Shown here: positions 7,159 to 15,120 of the stretch, in pieces
How positions within the stretch are numbered: position 1 is the first letter of the stretch
Layout: each line of letters opens with the position of its first letter
Assembly: GCA_965648905.1 (NCBI GenBank)
Contig: CBFGIT010000045.1
Span: 1-18,969, forward strand
Reading direction: 5' to 3'
Source of the DNA: a candidate division WOR-3 bacterium
Lineage (GTDB): Bacteria > Hydrothermota > Tepidihabitantia > Tepidihabitantales > Tepidihabitantaceae
Length of the DNA: 18,969 bases
Made by a program: the position numbers and the translations under genes
Notes under the pieces: generated by a model
What the model saw: the letters and a program-made list of their open reading frames with translations, nothing else
What the model was told of the DNA's origin: nothing
Databases searched by the model: none

Positions 7159-10100
7159 GGCTGCCTCCACATTACTCGAACTTCTTCGGCCTCACGCGAG
7201 ACCAGCACGTTGGCCGTGCTGGTGCCGTTTCCCCCTTGGTCGGTCGCGCCCTCGCGTGTCACCACGCAGAGATACACTCCCGCGGCAACCCGCTGCCCAT
7301 TGTCGTTCTTCCGGTCCCAGAGTATCCAGGGTGGCGAGCCTTCGGTAACGCTTCGCTCCAGCCGGCGCACGCATTCACCGGCCCGGGTGTAGATTTTCAC
7401 CACCACCTGAGACGGCCCGCCGACCTGGGACGCGACAACGTAATCGGCCTCAGCCCGGTCATTGCCCGGGTTCTTGTCGGTCAAGAGTCTGGTTGAGCAC
7501 CGCACCGCGTAAGCGCCATAGCCAAACACGGTATCGGGGAAGTTGACCTCAAACGAGCCGCCCGGCGCGAGAACAACTGAGACCAGCTCGGTTCGGTCAT
7601 AGAGCAGATTCAGGCTACCTCTTTCGTAGATACGGCAGCTCACCTCAAAGCCTGATTCGGCAGAGCCTGAGTAGTTCCTGATTCGGCAGCGGGGCCTGAC
7701 CGACACAGACCAGGGCGGGCCGCTGACAGTCGTGCGCCCCACCGGTGACAGCACCGCGTCAGCGCCGATATCATGGGTTGCACCAATGACCTGGACCGAG
7801 CCGCGCGCCGTATCATTGGCCGGGTTCGGGTCACCGGCAAGGCTTGAGTAGCAGGTTGTACTGATGCTGCCGACCGGTTGCGTGACCCAGAGTGGAAACT
7901 CCACCGTGTCGCTCGCGTCCGGCTGAAGCTCGACCTGGACCGACTGCACATAGGAAGTACCTACGACCATCGTCACCGGGAACACTGCTGCGTCCGGCCC
8001 GAAGTTCCTGACCACGGCCCTCGGCGTGACAAGCACACCAGAATCGACCTGACCAGAAGGCGCGACGATGGCGACCACGCCCACGTCAGCGGCCACGACC
8101 TTGACCAGACCCGCTATCGTGTCATTGGTCCGGTTCTCATCCAGACCAAGGCTTGTGTAGCAGCTTACCGACTCGAGTCCGGCTGAGGATGCGTTCCAGG
8201 TCGGGAACCGCACGGTGTCAAACGCGCCGGCTGGTATTGATTCTACCATCACGGTAGCAAGGTACGCATTGCCGATTTTCATCGACACGGGGAAAGTCTC
8301 CCTGCGCGTGCCCAGATTCCGGACCACGCCAACCGGCACGACCGATGCACCTTGACGTACGTCACCGGTCGGGACGACAATCGCAACTGCGCTCGCGTCG
8401 TGTCGGGCCGGGGTGGTTGTGTCGGCAACCATAACCGAGCTGTAGGCTGTGTCGTTCGAACGGTCCTCATCCTGCGCCAGCGCACTGAAGCACATCGTCG
8501 CAAAGCTGCCGGTCTGACTCGCGGTCCATACCGGGAAGTAGAGTATCATCGTGTCACCCGGGTTCAGGGTAACTGCGGGCAGTGTCTGCCGGTAGATACT
8601 GCCGATTTCGAACGTCACCGGAAATGTCGCAGTCCGAGTGCCCCAGTTCGTCACCCAGGCGCTCGGTGTGTGCACTGAGCCCGATTCGACCGTGCCGGTT
8701 GGTACCACAATCTCAAGCACACCGACATCGTGCCGGGCTGGGATGGTCGTGTCCACAACCACGACTGAACCATAAGCAGTGTCATTCGAACGGTCTTCGT
8801 CCGGGCCCAATGCGCTGTAGCAGGTCGTGGTGAAGCTGCCGGTCCGCGCCGCGGTCCAGGACGGGAAGAAGAGTGTTACTGTGTCACCTGGGTTCAGGTT
8901 CACCGCAGGCAGGGTGCGCGAGTACATGCCGCCAATCTCAAATGTCACCGGGAAAACCTCGGCTCGGTTGCCAAGGTTAGTGACCTTGGCACTGGGTGTG
9001 TGAACCGAACCAGAATCGACCGTGTCTGCCGGGGCATGAATCGCCAGCACCGCAACATCGTGCCGCGCCGGCGTAGTCGTGTCCACGACCGTCACGGTGC
9101 GGTAGGCTGTATCGTTCGACCGGTCCTCGTCCAGAACAAGCTCAGTGTAGCAGACCACGGGGAACGTGCCGGCGCGGGCCGCGGTCCAGTCCTCAAAATA
9201 CAGCACTGTGGTGTCACCAGGGAGTAACGTAACCGCTGGCAAGACATGGAAATAGCCCGTTCCCATCCGAAAGGTGACTGGGAAGACCTCGGCTCGGTTG
9301 CCGAGGTTGGCGACTCGGGCACTGGGTGCGCAGACCGTGCCTGAATCTACTGTGTCCGGTGGCGCAAGAATCGCGAGCACCGCAACATCGTGCCGAGGCT
9401 GCGGTGCCGGTCTCATGACAACAACCATGCCGTACGCGGTGTCATTTCTTCGGTTTGGGTCGCCGGCCAGACTGGTGTAACAGGTGCATCCGACTGTGCC
9501 GACCGGACCGGCAATCCAGGTCGGGTCGAATCGCACCGTATCAATGCCCTGCGCCGGCATCGTGACCTGAACGGTCTGTCGGTACGCGCCGCCGATTGCC
9601 ATTGTGACCGGGAATGTAACAAAGGGACTGCCGTCGGGATCTTGTCCATCCAAGCCAGAGGGTATCATTAGGTCTTCGTCGGCGAACCGATGAACCACCG
9701 CAACCGGCGTAATCACGGTGCCTGAATCGATTGTGTCCGCAGGGGCAAGGATTGCAATCGCACCCACGTCGTACCGCGGCGGCCGGACTGCGACCGTAGC
9801 GTAAGCCGTGTCATTGGAGCGGTTCTCGTCTGGACCCAGCGACGTGAAGCACATCGTGGCGAAACTGCCGGGCTGCACTGCGGTCCATGACTGGAAGTAC
9901 AGTGTGGCTGTGTCGCCTGGGTTCAGGGTGACTGAAGGCAGGGTATGTGAGTAGACGCTGCCAATCCTGAAGGTCACCGGGAAGGTCTCGGCCCGGTTGC
10001 CGAGATTCGTGACCTTGGCACTGGGTGTGTGGACTGAACCGGAGTCAACCGTGTCAGCCGGCGCGATAATCTCAAGCACTGCGACGTCGCGGCGATCCGG

Positions 10101-12428
10101 CTCTACCACGAGAACTGAGTTCCTGACCGTGTCATTGGACCGGTCAGCGTCCTGGTCAAGGCTGGTATAGCAGGTCATCCCGTGCTGGCCAAGCGGGCCG
10201 GCAATCCAGGTCGGGAAATCGACTATCGTAGTCCGGGCCGAAGCCAGTGTGCAGATGACCGTAGTGCTGTAGTCCGGCTCAATCTCGAACGTGACCGGGA
10301 ACACCTCGGTCGAATCGCCGAAGTTGCCGACCCGTGCACGCGGAACAACAACTGTTCCCAGCACGACCGTGCCGGTGGGAGCCACAATCTCAATTGCCCC
10401 GACGTCGCGCCGCGGTGGTGTCCTCGGCACAACACAGAGCTCAGTGCGCGCGGTGTCGTTGGACCGGTTCTGGTCAGCGGCAAGCTGGGTGTAGCAGAGC
10501 ACCTCATGATGCCCGACCGGCTGCGCAACCCAGAGACTGAAACTGACCTCGGTGGTTTCGCCGGCAGCCAGTCTGGTGACAATCGAGTCACGGTAGGCAG
10601 CGCCGATTCGGAATGTCACCTGGAACAATTCGTCTTCGTCGCCATAGTTGGCAACAAGGGCCCGAGGAACCCCGACCGAGCCTGAGTCAATCAGGCCAAA
10701 GGGCCAGACAATGGACACGGTGCCGACATCTGGGTGTCTTGGCGCTGCCACATAAACTGCGGCATAGGCCGTGTCGTTAGACCGGTCAATGTCATTGTCC
10801 AGCCCGGTGAAACAGAGCATGGCGGCCGGGCCGACCGGTCTGGCAACCCAGTCCGGGAATCTGACCGTGTCGGTCGCGCCCGGGTCAAGCATGCGTTGAA
10901 CCGTTTCGGCATAGTCGGCCCCGATTCGGAAGCTGACCGGGAAGGTCTCACGCCGGTCACCAAAGTTGTGGATAACGGCACTCGGCGTATGGACCGAGCC
11001 GGAATCGACCGTATCCGGCGGTGCCAGAATCCCCAGCACACCAACGTCATGCCGGCATGCCACGACCTCGACCCAGTTGTGCACCGTGTCGTTATCTGGA
11101 TTCTCGTCTCCCGCCAGACTCGAGTAGCAGGTCAGCGCCACGGTGCCGACTGGCTGCGCCACCCAGAGCGGGAACTCCACCGTGTCGGTCTGACCGATAC
11201 CGAGCGAAGTCTGGATTGTCTCCGAATACAAGATACCGATGTCAAAGGTGACCGGAAACACCTCGGCTGCATCGCCCATGTTCTGCACCACGGCTCGCGG
11301 GACTACCTGTGTGCCTGAATCGATGCTTCCGACCGGGTCCAAGATTGCGACAACAGCAACGTCGTGACGCACAAGAGGGACCACGTCAACATGACTGCGG
11401 ATTGTGTCGTTGCTGCGGTTTTGGTCCCTGAACAAGCTCGTGAAGCAGACCGTGGTCAGCCGACCAACCGGGCCAGCCTGCCAGTCTTCGAACTCGACCG
11501 TATCGGTCCGAGAAGGCGCGAGCACACGAACAACTGTTCGGCTGTAGCCTGCGCCAATCTGGAAAGTGACCGGGAACGTGTCCTGACGGTCGCCGAAGTT
11601 GCGGATGACTGCACGTGGCGTTATCAGCGCTCCTGAATCGACCGTGTCGACCGGCGCCAGAATCGCGACAACACCGACATCGTGCCAACAGGCAACAACC
11701 TCGACCGAGTCCTCGGCCACGACCGTGTCGTTCTGTCGGTTCTGGTCGCCCTCCAGGCGAGTGCAGCATCTTGGTTCATGGCGGCCGACCGGCTGTGCTA
11801 TCCAGGGCCTGAATTCAACCGTGTCGGACTGGCCGGGCATGAGGGACCGGTTCGTACTGTCATAGTAGCTGGTTCCGATGCTGAAGCTGACCGGAAACGT
11901 CTCCGGGTGAGCACCAAAGTTCTTGATTACGGCACTCGGCACGACCACAACGCCGGAGTCAAATACTCCAAGCGGCGCCAGAATCGCAACCGCGCCGACA
12001 TCGTGCGGACCGGTCCTCACCACCTCAACACTTGCTCTGACGGTATCGTTCCGCCGGTTCTGGTCCGAACCGAGGCTGGAAAAGCAGACAGTGGCAAAGG
12101 TGCCGACCGGACTAGCAACCCAAGCTGGGAAGAACTCGACCGTGTCGGTCTGGCCGACCTGAAGCGTACATTGCACGGTCCGATTGTAGCCATTGGCGAC
12201 CTGCATGGTTACCGGAAAGACCTCGGCAAAATCCCCGACGTTCCGGACAATGGCAGATGGTGTCAGAACTACGCCGGAGTCAACCGTGCCGCGAGGCGCG
12301 ACAATCGCCTCGACTTTGACGTCATGGATACAGAAGTTGTCTGAACTGCTGCCCGGAGTCAAGCTGGCAGCGGCGGCAGAAAAACCTAACCAGACCGAGA
12401 CAAACAAAACGGACCAGAGAGTCTTCAT
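7155..12428 (-). CDS. Giant secreted protein, 1757 aa: signal peptide, 15 CARDB-like Ig repeats and an FlgD-Ig-like C-terminal sorting domain (probable surface stalk/adhesin)
   Basis: AGGAGG RBS and signal MKTLWSVLFVSVWLGFSAAAA. Repeats follow HDVxVxxIxAPxxTVDSG...PxAxVxNxG...FPVxFxIG..Y...DTVxF..W...G....C(F/Y)xxLxxDxNxxNDT. Tail VKIYTRAGECVRRL...WDRKNDNGQRVAAGVYL. Confidence 0.92.
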   Translation of the reverse strand: MKTLWSVLFVSVWLGFSAAAASLTPGSSSDNFCIHDVKVEAIVAPRGTVDSGVVLTPSAIVRNVGDFAEVFPVTMQVANGYNRTVQCTLQVGQTDTVEFFPAWVASPVGTFATVCFSSLGSDQNRRNDTVRASVEVVRTGPHDVGAVAILAPLGVFDSGVVVVPSAVIKNFGAHPETFPVSFSIGTSYYDSTNRSLMPGQSDTVEFRPWIAQPVGRHEPRCCTRLEGDQNRQNDTVVAEDSVEVVACWHDVGVVAILAPVDTVDSGALITPRAVIRNFGDRQDTFPVTFQIGAGYSRTVVRVLAPSRTDTVEFEDWQAGPVGRLTTVCFTSLFRDQNRSNDTIRSHVDVVPLVRHDVAVVAILDPVGSIDSGTQVVPRAVVQNMGDAAEVFPVTFDIGILYSETIQTSLGIGQTDTVEFPLWVAQPVGTVALTCYSSLAGDENPDNDTVHNWVEVVACRHDVGVLGILAPPDTVDSGSVHTPSAVIHNFGDRRETFPVSFRIGADYAETVQRMLDPGATDTVRFPDWVARPVGPAAMLCFTGLDNDIDRSNDTAYAAVYVAAPRHPDVGTVSIVWPFGLIDSGSVGVPRALVANYGDEDELFQVTFRIGAAYRDSIVTRLAAGETTEVSFSLWVAQPVGHHEVLCYTQLAADQNRSNDTARTELCVVPRTPPRRDVGAIEIVAPTGTVVLGTVVVPRARVGNFGDSTEVFPVTFEIEPDYSTTVICTLASARTTIVDFPTWIAGPLGQHGMTCYTSLDQDADRSNDTVRNSVLVVEPDRRDVAVLEIIAPADTVDSGSVHTPSAKVTNLGNRAETFPVTFRIGSVYSHTLPSVTLNPGDTATLYFQSWTAVQPGSFATMCFTSLGPDENRSNDTAYATVAVRPPRYDVGAIAILAPADTIDSGTVITPVAVVHRFADEDLMIPSGLDGQDPDGSPFVTFPVTMAIGGAYRQTVQVTMPAQGIDTVRFDPTWIAGPVGTVGCTCYTSLAGDPNRRNDTAYGMVVVMRPAPQPRHDVAVLAILAPPDTVDSGTVCAPSARVANLGNRAEVFPVTFRMGTGYFHVLPAVTLLPGDTTVLYFEDWTAARAGTFPVVCYTELVLDEDRSNDTAYRTVTVVDTTTPARHDVAVLAIHAPADTVDSGSVHTPSAKVTNLGNRAEVFPVTFEIGGMYSRTLPAVNLNPGDTVTLFFPSWTAARTGSFTTTCYSALGPDEDRSNDTAYGSVVVVDTTIPARHDVGVLEIVVPTGTVESGSVHTPSAWVTNWGTRTATFPVTFEIGSIYRQTLPAVTLNPGDTMILYFPVWTASQTGSFATMCFSALAQDEDRSNDTAYSSVMVADTTTPARHDASAVAIVVPTGDVRQGASVVPVGVVRNLGTRRETFPVSMKIGNAYLATVMVESIPAGAFDTVRFPTWNASSAGLESVSCYTSLGLDENRTNDTIAGLVKVVAADVGVVAIVAPSGQVDSGVLVTPRAVVRNFGPDAAVFPVTMVVGTSYVQSVQVELQPDASDTVEFPLWVTQPVGSISTTCYSSLAGDPNPANDTARGSVQVIGATHDIGADAVLSPVGRTTVSGPPWSVSVRPRCRIRNYSGSAESGFEVSCRIYERGSLNLLYDRTELVSVVLAPGGSFEVNFPDTVFGYGAYAVRCSTRLLTDKNPGNDRAEADYVVASQVGGPSQVVVKIYTRAGECVRRLERSVTEGSPPWILWDRKNDNGQRVAAGVYLCVVTREGATDQGGNGTSTANVLVSREAEEVRVMWRQP
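7430..12326 (-). repeat. 15 tandem ~105-125-aa CARDB-like domain repeats
   Basis: Counted from the translation: 15 units begin xD(V/A/I) and end NDT (14 units) or NDR (last unit). Boundaries are approximate. Confidence 0.9.
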
Positions 12429-12499
12429 TCCAGCCTCCTACGGAATATGCCTGAAAAAGCCCACAGCGCGTCCCCAGCATGCGAAGAAACGCGCCCAAA

Positions 12500-12528
12500 A
12501 TTATACCGGAATCAGGTTCAGAGGTCAA
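12500..12528 (-). promoter_or_regulatory. Near-consensus sigma-70 promoter of the giant-protein operon
   Basis: Minus strand TTGACC (12528-12523), 17-nt spacer, TATAAT (12505-12500), about 70 nt upstream of ATG 12428. Confidence 0.7.
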
Positions 12529-12768
12529 ACCGCCACAGCCCGGACCGCCCAAACCGTGACGCACCTGGATTGTTGCGCAACCGTGTTGCGGGCCAACAAC
12601 TTGGGCGTCGAGAGTGGCTAGGGCATTGCGACGTGCTGGCATGGTGGTACGAATCACAGCATAGATGGCAGCGCCGTACCGTGCCATGAGTACCAGGCCC
12701 TGCGTGTCTAACCCGAACTGTCTCAGTGTGTTACACCACCAAACCGGGCTCCTGAGCTTCGGCACGGC

Positions 12769-14493
12769 ATGTGGCATACACAAAGCGTGAATTGGGGGAT
12801 ACATAGACAAGGGCAGTACTCAGGGCTGGTTTCCAAGCTGATTCTGCGCTGGCTCGCACTGACCCTGACGGTCAGCCTGGCATTAGCAACTCCAGCAGAT
12901 CAAACCCTTCGCGTGGCCGAGCATCTGGTCCAGAGTGCCGGCTATGGGCCAGTCGTGTCCGACTGGGACTTCAGGGTAGCAGGGCCTGACGCGTACCTCT
13001 GCGCCGGGACACTCTCGGACAAGACCTCGGTCATTGTGCTGGTGAGTGCCCAGTCAGACCCAGTGCCCCTGGCACACCACCGCTCACCACTCACGCTCTC
13101 TGAACTCGATGCCCGACTTGCGCAGGCTGCCTGCCGTGCGCTCGGGTGTGACAGCGTGACACGCGGAGAACTCTTCTGCTACTCACCGCTCGACCTGTGG
13201 CAGGAGTTCAGGTCTGCCGATGATACTGGCCCGCCCGCGGTTCTGGTCTCGCTGCGTGACCTCTCAGTCCGCCCGGCTCAGCCCGCTGATTTTGGTCCTT
13301 TGCCTTGGAGCGCTGGTTCGTCAGGCACAGCTCCGCGTTCAGCCGCCACCGGCATGAACTGGATTGAAGGCGTACCGGACTGGGACTGGCATTACGGCTG
13401 TGCGCCCACGGCCGCGGCCAACGTCTTGACCTGGTGGGCAAGGCGCGGGTTTGCGCGGCTCCTCGACTCGGTCCGCTACAACGTGCCGGACCGACTTGAA
13501 GGTGATACGGACAGCGTGCCCAATGTCAGCGACCAACTGGCCAGGGCCATGAACACCGACACGCTCAAGACAGGCTGCACCTCTTCAGACAGCATCGCTC
13601 CGGGAATCGTGTCGGTCTGCAACGACCCGGCCTGGAACAACGGCTACGACTTCACGAGCTTTCTGGCCTGGAACGACCATGACCTGCTCATCAGAGAGAT
13701 TGAGGCAGGCCGGCCTGGTGTGCTTGGACTTCTGGGCCATCCGGAATACGGCAGCCATGCCGTAACGTTCTGCGGCTGGGGTCCGCCGGACGACCACTGG
13801 ATAATGGTTCATGACCTCTGGGCCGGCACGCCGGTTGACCGGGTCATCAACTTCGACTATGGCGGCCCGATTGCGGTCATGCCCGTGGTCCCTGGCAAGT
13901 CCGCAGCCCCGGATATCTCCATCACCGCCATTAGTCAGCCGGCCGAGACTGTGGTTCCAGGACTGATTGCACCTCAGGCAGAACTGGCCAACGATGGGAG
14001 TGTTAGCGGCACTGCAACCGCCTGCTTCCTGATAAGCGACGAGCAGACCGGGTCCGACTGCTACGCTGCCAGTGTTGCTGTGACCCTTGAACCGGACAAA
14101 CGCGGGTCGGTCGAGTTCCCGGCTTGGCAGGCTCTAGCCGGCAACTACGTCGCCTGCTGCAGCCTTACCATGTCGGGCAGCACAAGTCCGCTTAGCAGCA
14201 TCGTGCGCACCCGGTTCACGGTCGCTCCTGCCCGGCTGGCCGGCGGTCGTGCGACCATCGTGCGGGTTTCGCCCAATCCAGCCAGCAGGACACTCACGGT
14301 AAGCGGCTGGACTGGTCCTGGTCAGGCGAGCATCTTCGACCCGGCTGGTCGCCTCATTCATCACTCATCGCTCATCACTCATCACTCTGCCGCTCTGCTC
14401 GACCTCGGCTCATTGCCCTCCGGCTGTTACCTGCTCCGACTCGACCGGACCGGCAGCACGTCGGTCTGCTGCTCCTTCCTCGTTTCGCACTAG
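12769..14493 (+). CDS. Secreted C39-like (papain-fold) cysteine peptidase with an N-terminal pro-region, one CARDB-like domain and a T9SS type A-like CTD
   Basis: Triad-like motifs VPDWDWHYGCAPTAAA (Cys), GSHAVTFCGW (His) and VHDLW (Asp). CARDB-like PDISITAISQP...LANDG...VEFPAW. Tail VSPNPAS...IFDPAGR...LDLGSLPSGCYLLRL. Start is uncertain (ATG 12769, GTG 12787 or later); the signal-like stretch is KLILRWLALTLTVSLALA. Confidence 0.82.
   Translation: MWHTQSVNWGIHRQGQYSGLVSKLILRWLALTLTVSLALATPADQTLRVAEHLVQSAGYGPVVSDWDFRVAGPDAYLCAGTLSDKTSVIVLVSAQSDPVPLAHHRSPLTLSELDARLAQAACRALGCDSVTRGELFCYSPLDLWQEFRSADDTGPPAVLVSLRDLSVRPAQPADFGPLPWSAGSSGTAPRSAATGMNWIEGVPDWDWHYGCAPTAAANVLTWWARRGFARLLDSVRYNVPDRLEGDTDSVPNVSDQLARAMNTDTLKTGCTSSDSIAPGIVSVCNDPAWNNGYDFTSFLAWNDHDLLIREIEAGRPGVLGLLGHPEYGSHAVTFCGWGPPDDHWIMVHDLWAGTPVDRVINFDYGGPIAVMPVVPGKSAAPDISITAISQPAETVVPGLIAPQAELANDGSVSGTATACFLISDEQTGSDCYAASVAVTLEPDKRGSVEFPAWQALAGNYVACCSLTMSGSTSPLSSIVRTRFTVAPARLAGGRATIVRVSPNPASRTLTVSGWTGPGQASIFDPAGRLIHHSSLITHHSAALLDLGSLPSGCYLLRLDRTGSTSVCCSFLVSH
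14357..14387 (+). repeat. In-frame 7-bp tandem repeat inside the C39 CTD
   Basis: ttcatca ctcatcg ctcatca ctcatca ctc, encoding IHHSSLITHHS. Confidence 0.85.
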
Positions 14494-14494
14494 T

Positions 14495-14830
14495 CCAAGA
14501 ACGCCTCTGAAAGTACCTCGCATCGGCCGGCGCTGAGACGAGCACAGTCCGGCGCGATTGCTGAAGCGGCAGGGCAGGCGGCAGTGCCAACCGCGACCGG
14601 AACCGCGGCCAGAACCGCAGCCAGAGCCGAAACCTGAGCGCAGGCCGGAGCGATGCAGCCGGCCAAGACCTGAGCGAGGACCAGAGCGACGGGCGCGGGG
14701 GCAGAGGTCTCGGCAAGGGGAGCGCCAGGGCCGGCGCCGGCCCGAGCGACCCCGGCCGGGACAGGCCAAGCCGCTCTCACAGCGACGACCAGAGCGGCGG
14801 CCCAAGTGGCAAGGGAGACCGTACCCACCT
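14495..14830. repeat. Degenerate 12-bp periodic array (~28 units)
   Basis: Core units include ccgcgaccggaa ccgcggccagaa ccgcagccagag ccgaaacctgag cgcaggccggag. The 12-nt register holds without indels from 14495 to 14830, and 25 of 28 units begin with C. Confidence 0.75.
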
Positions 14831-14886
14831 CAAATGTGGTAGTGAACTAAGTCACAACATGCCAACCGGTTAGGCTGAAGTTCTGG

Positions 14887-14915
14887 TTGCCCAGGGGTTA
14901 CAATATATGTAAACT
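14887..14915 (+). promoter_or_regulatory. Putative sigma-70 promoter overlapped by a palindromic operator
   Basis: TTGCCC (14887-14892), 17-nt spacer, TAAACT (14910-14915), 6 nt before GTG 14922. Inverted repeat TTACA-atata-TGTAA at 14898-14912 lies in an AT-rich patch. Confidence 0.5.
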
Positions 14916-14921
14916 AGTGCC

Positions 14922-15080
14922 GTGAAGCCGAATCGCCTGAACACACCCGGGCTGTTTGAGCGACTCGGGCAACTGGTCATGGCAGAGCGGGATGCCACGG
15001 GAAGTCAGAACCCGGAATGCAGGAGGCGGAATTGGGAGATGGGGCAAGACCCGCGCAGCAGAATTGAGCAGAGGCGCTGA
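14922..15080 (+). CDS. Candidate small leaderless ORF, 52 aa (not in the supplied ORF track)
   Basis: Hand translation: MKPNRLNTPGLFERLGQLVMAERDATGSQNPECRRRNWEMGQDPRSRIEQRR. Supported only by promoter geometry; its 3' half runs through a 7-bp repeat. Confidence 0.33.
   Translation: MKPNRLNTPGLFERLGQLVMAERDATGSQNPECRRRNWEMGQDPRSRIEQRR
15001..15049 (+). repeat. Degenerate 7-bp tandem repeat
   Basis: gaagtca gaacccg gaatgca ggaggcg gaattgg gagatgg ggcaaga. Confidence 0.55.
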
Positions 15081-15120
15081 GCGCGGTTGGGCTGGCGACA
15101 GTCCCGGCTCTGCGTTCGGT

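Noticed and set aside
12322..12810. 162-aa minus ORF in the divergent intergenic region
   Set aside because: It overlaps both flanking starts and the promoter, and shows no protein-like features.
14495..14830. CRISPR array or confident CDS call for the 12-bp array
   Set aside because: There is no repeat-spacer alternation, and four overlapping ORFs have no discriminating evidence.
14888..14915. Possible dif site (ATATGTAAACT resembles a XerD arm)
   Set aside because: The XerC-arm position reads TGCCCAGGGGT with no resemblance to the consensus; a promoter/operator explains the site better.
14922..15080. Resemblance of the small ORF to a DUF1016/YhcG N-terminus (LFERL...WEMG)
   Set aside because: The WEMG part lies inside a 7-bp repeat tract and could be coincidental; it cannot be supported without a search.
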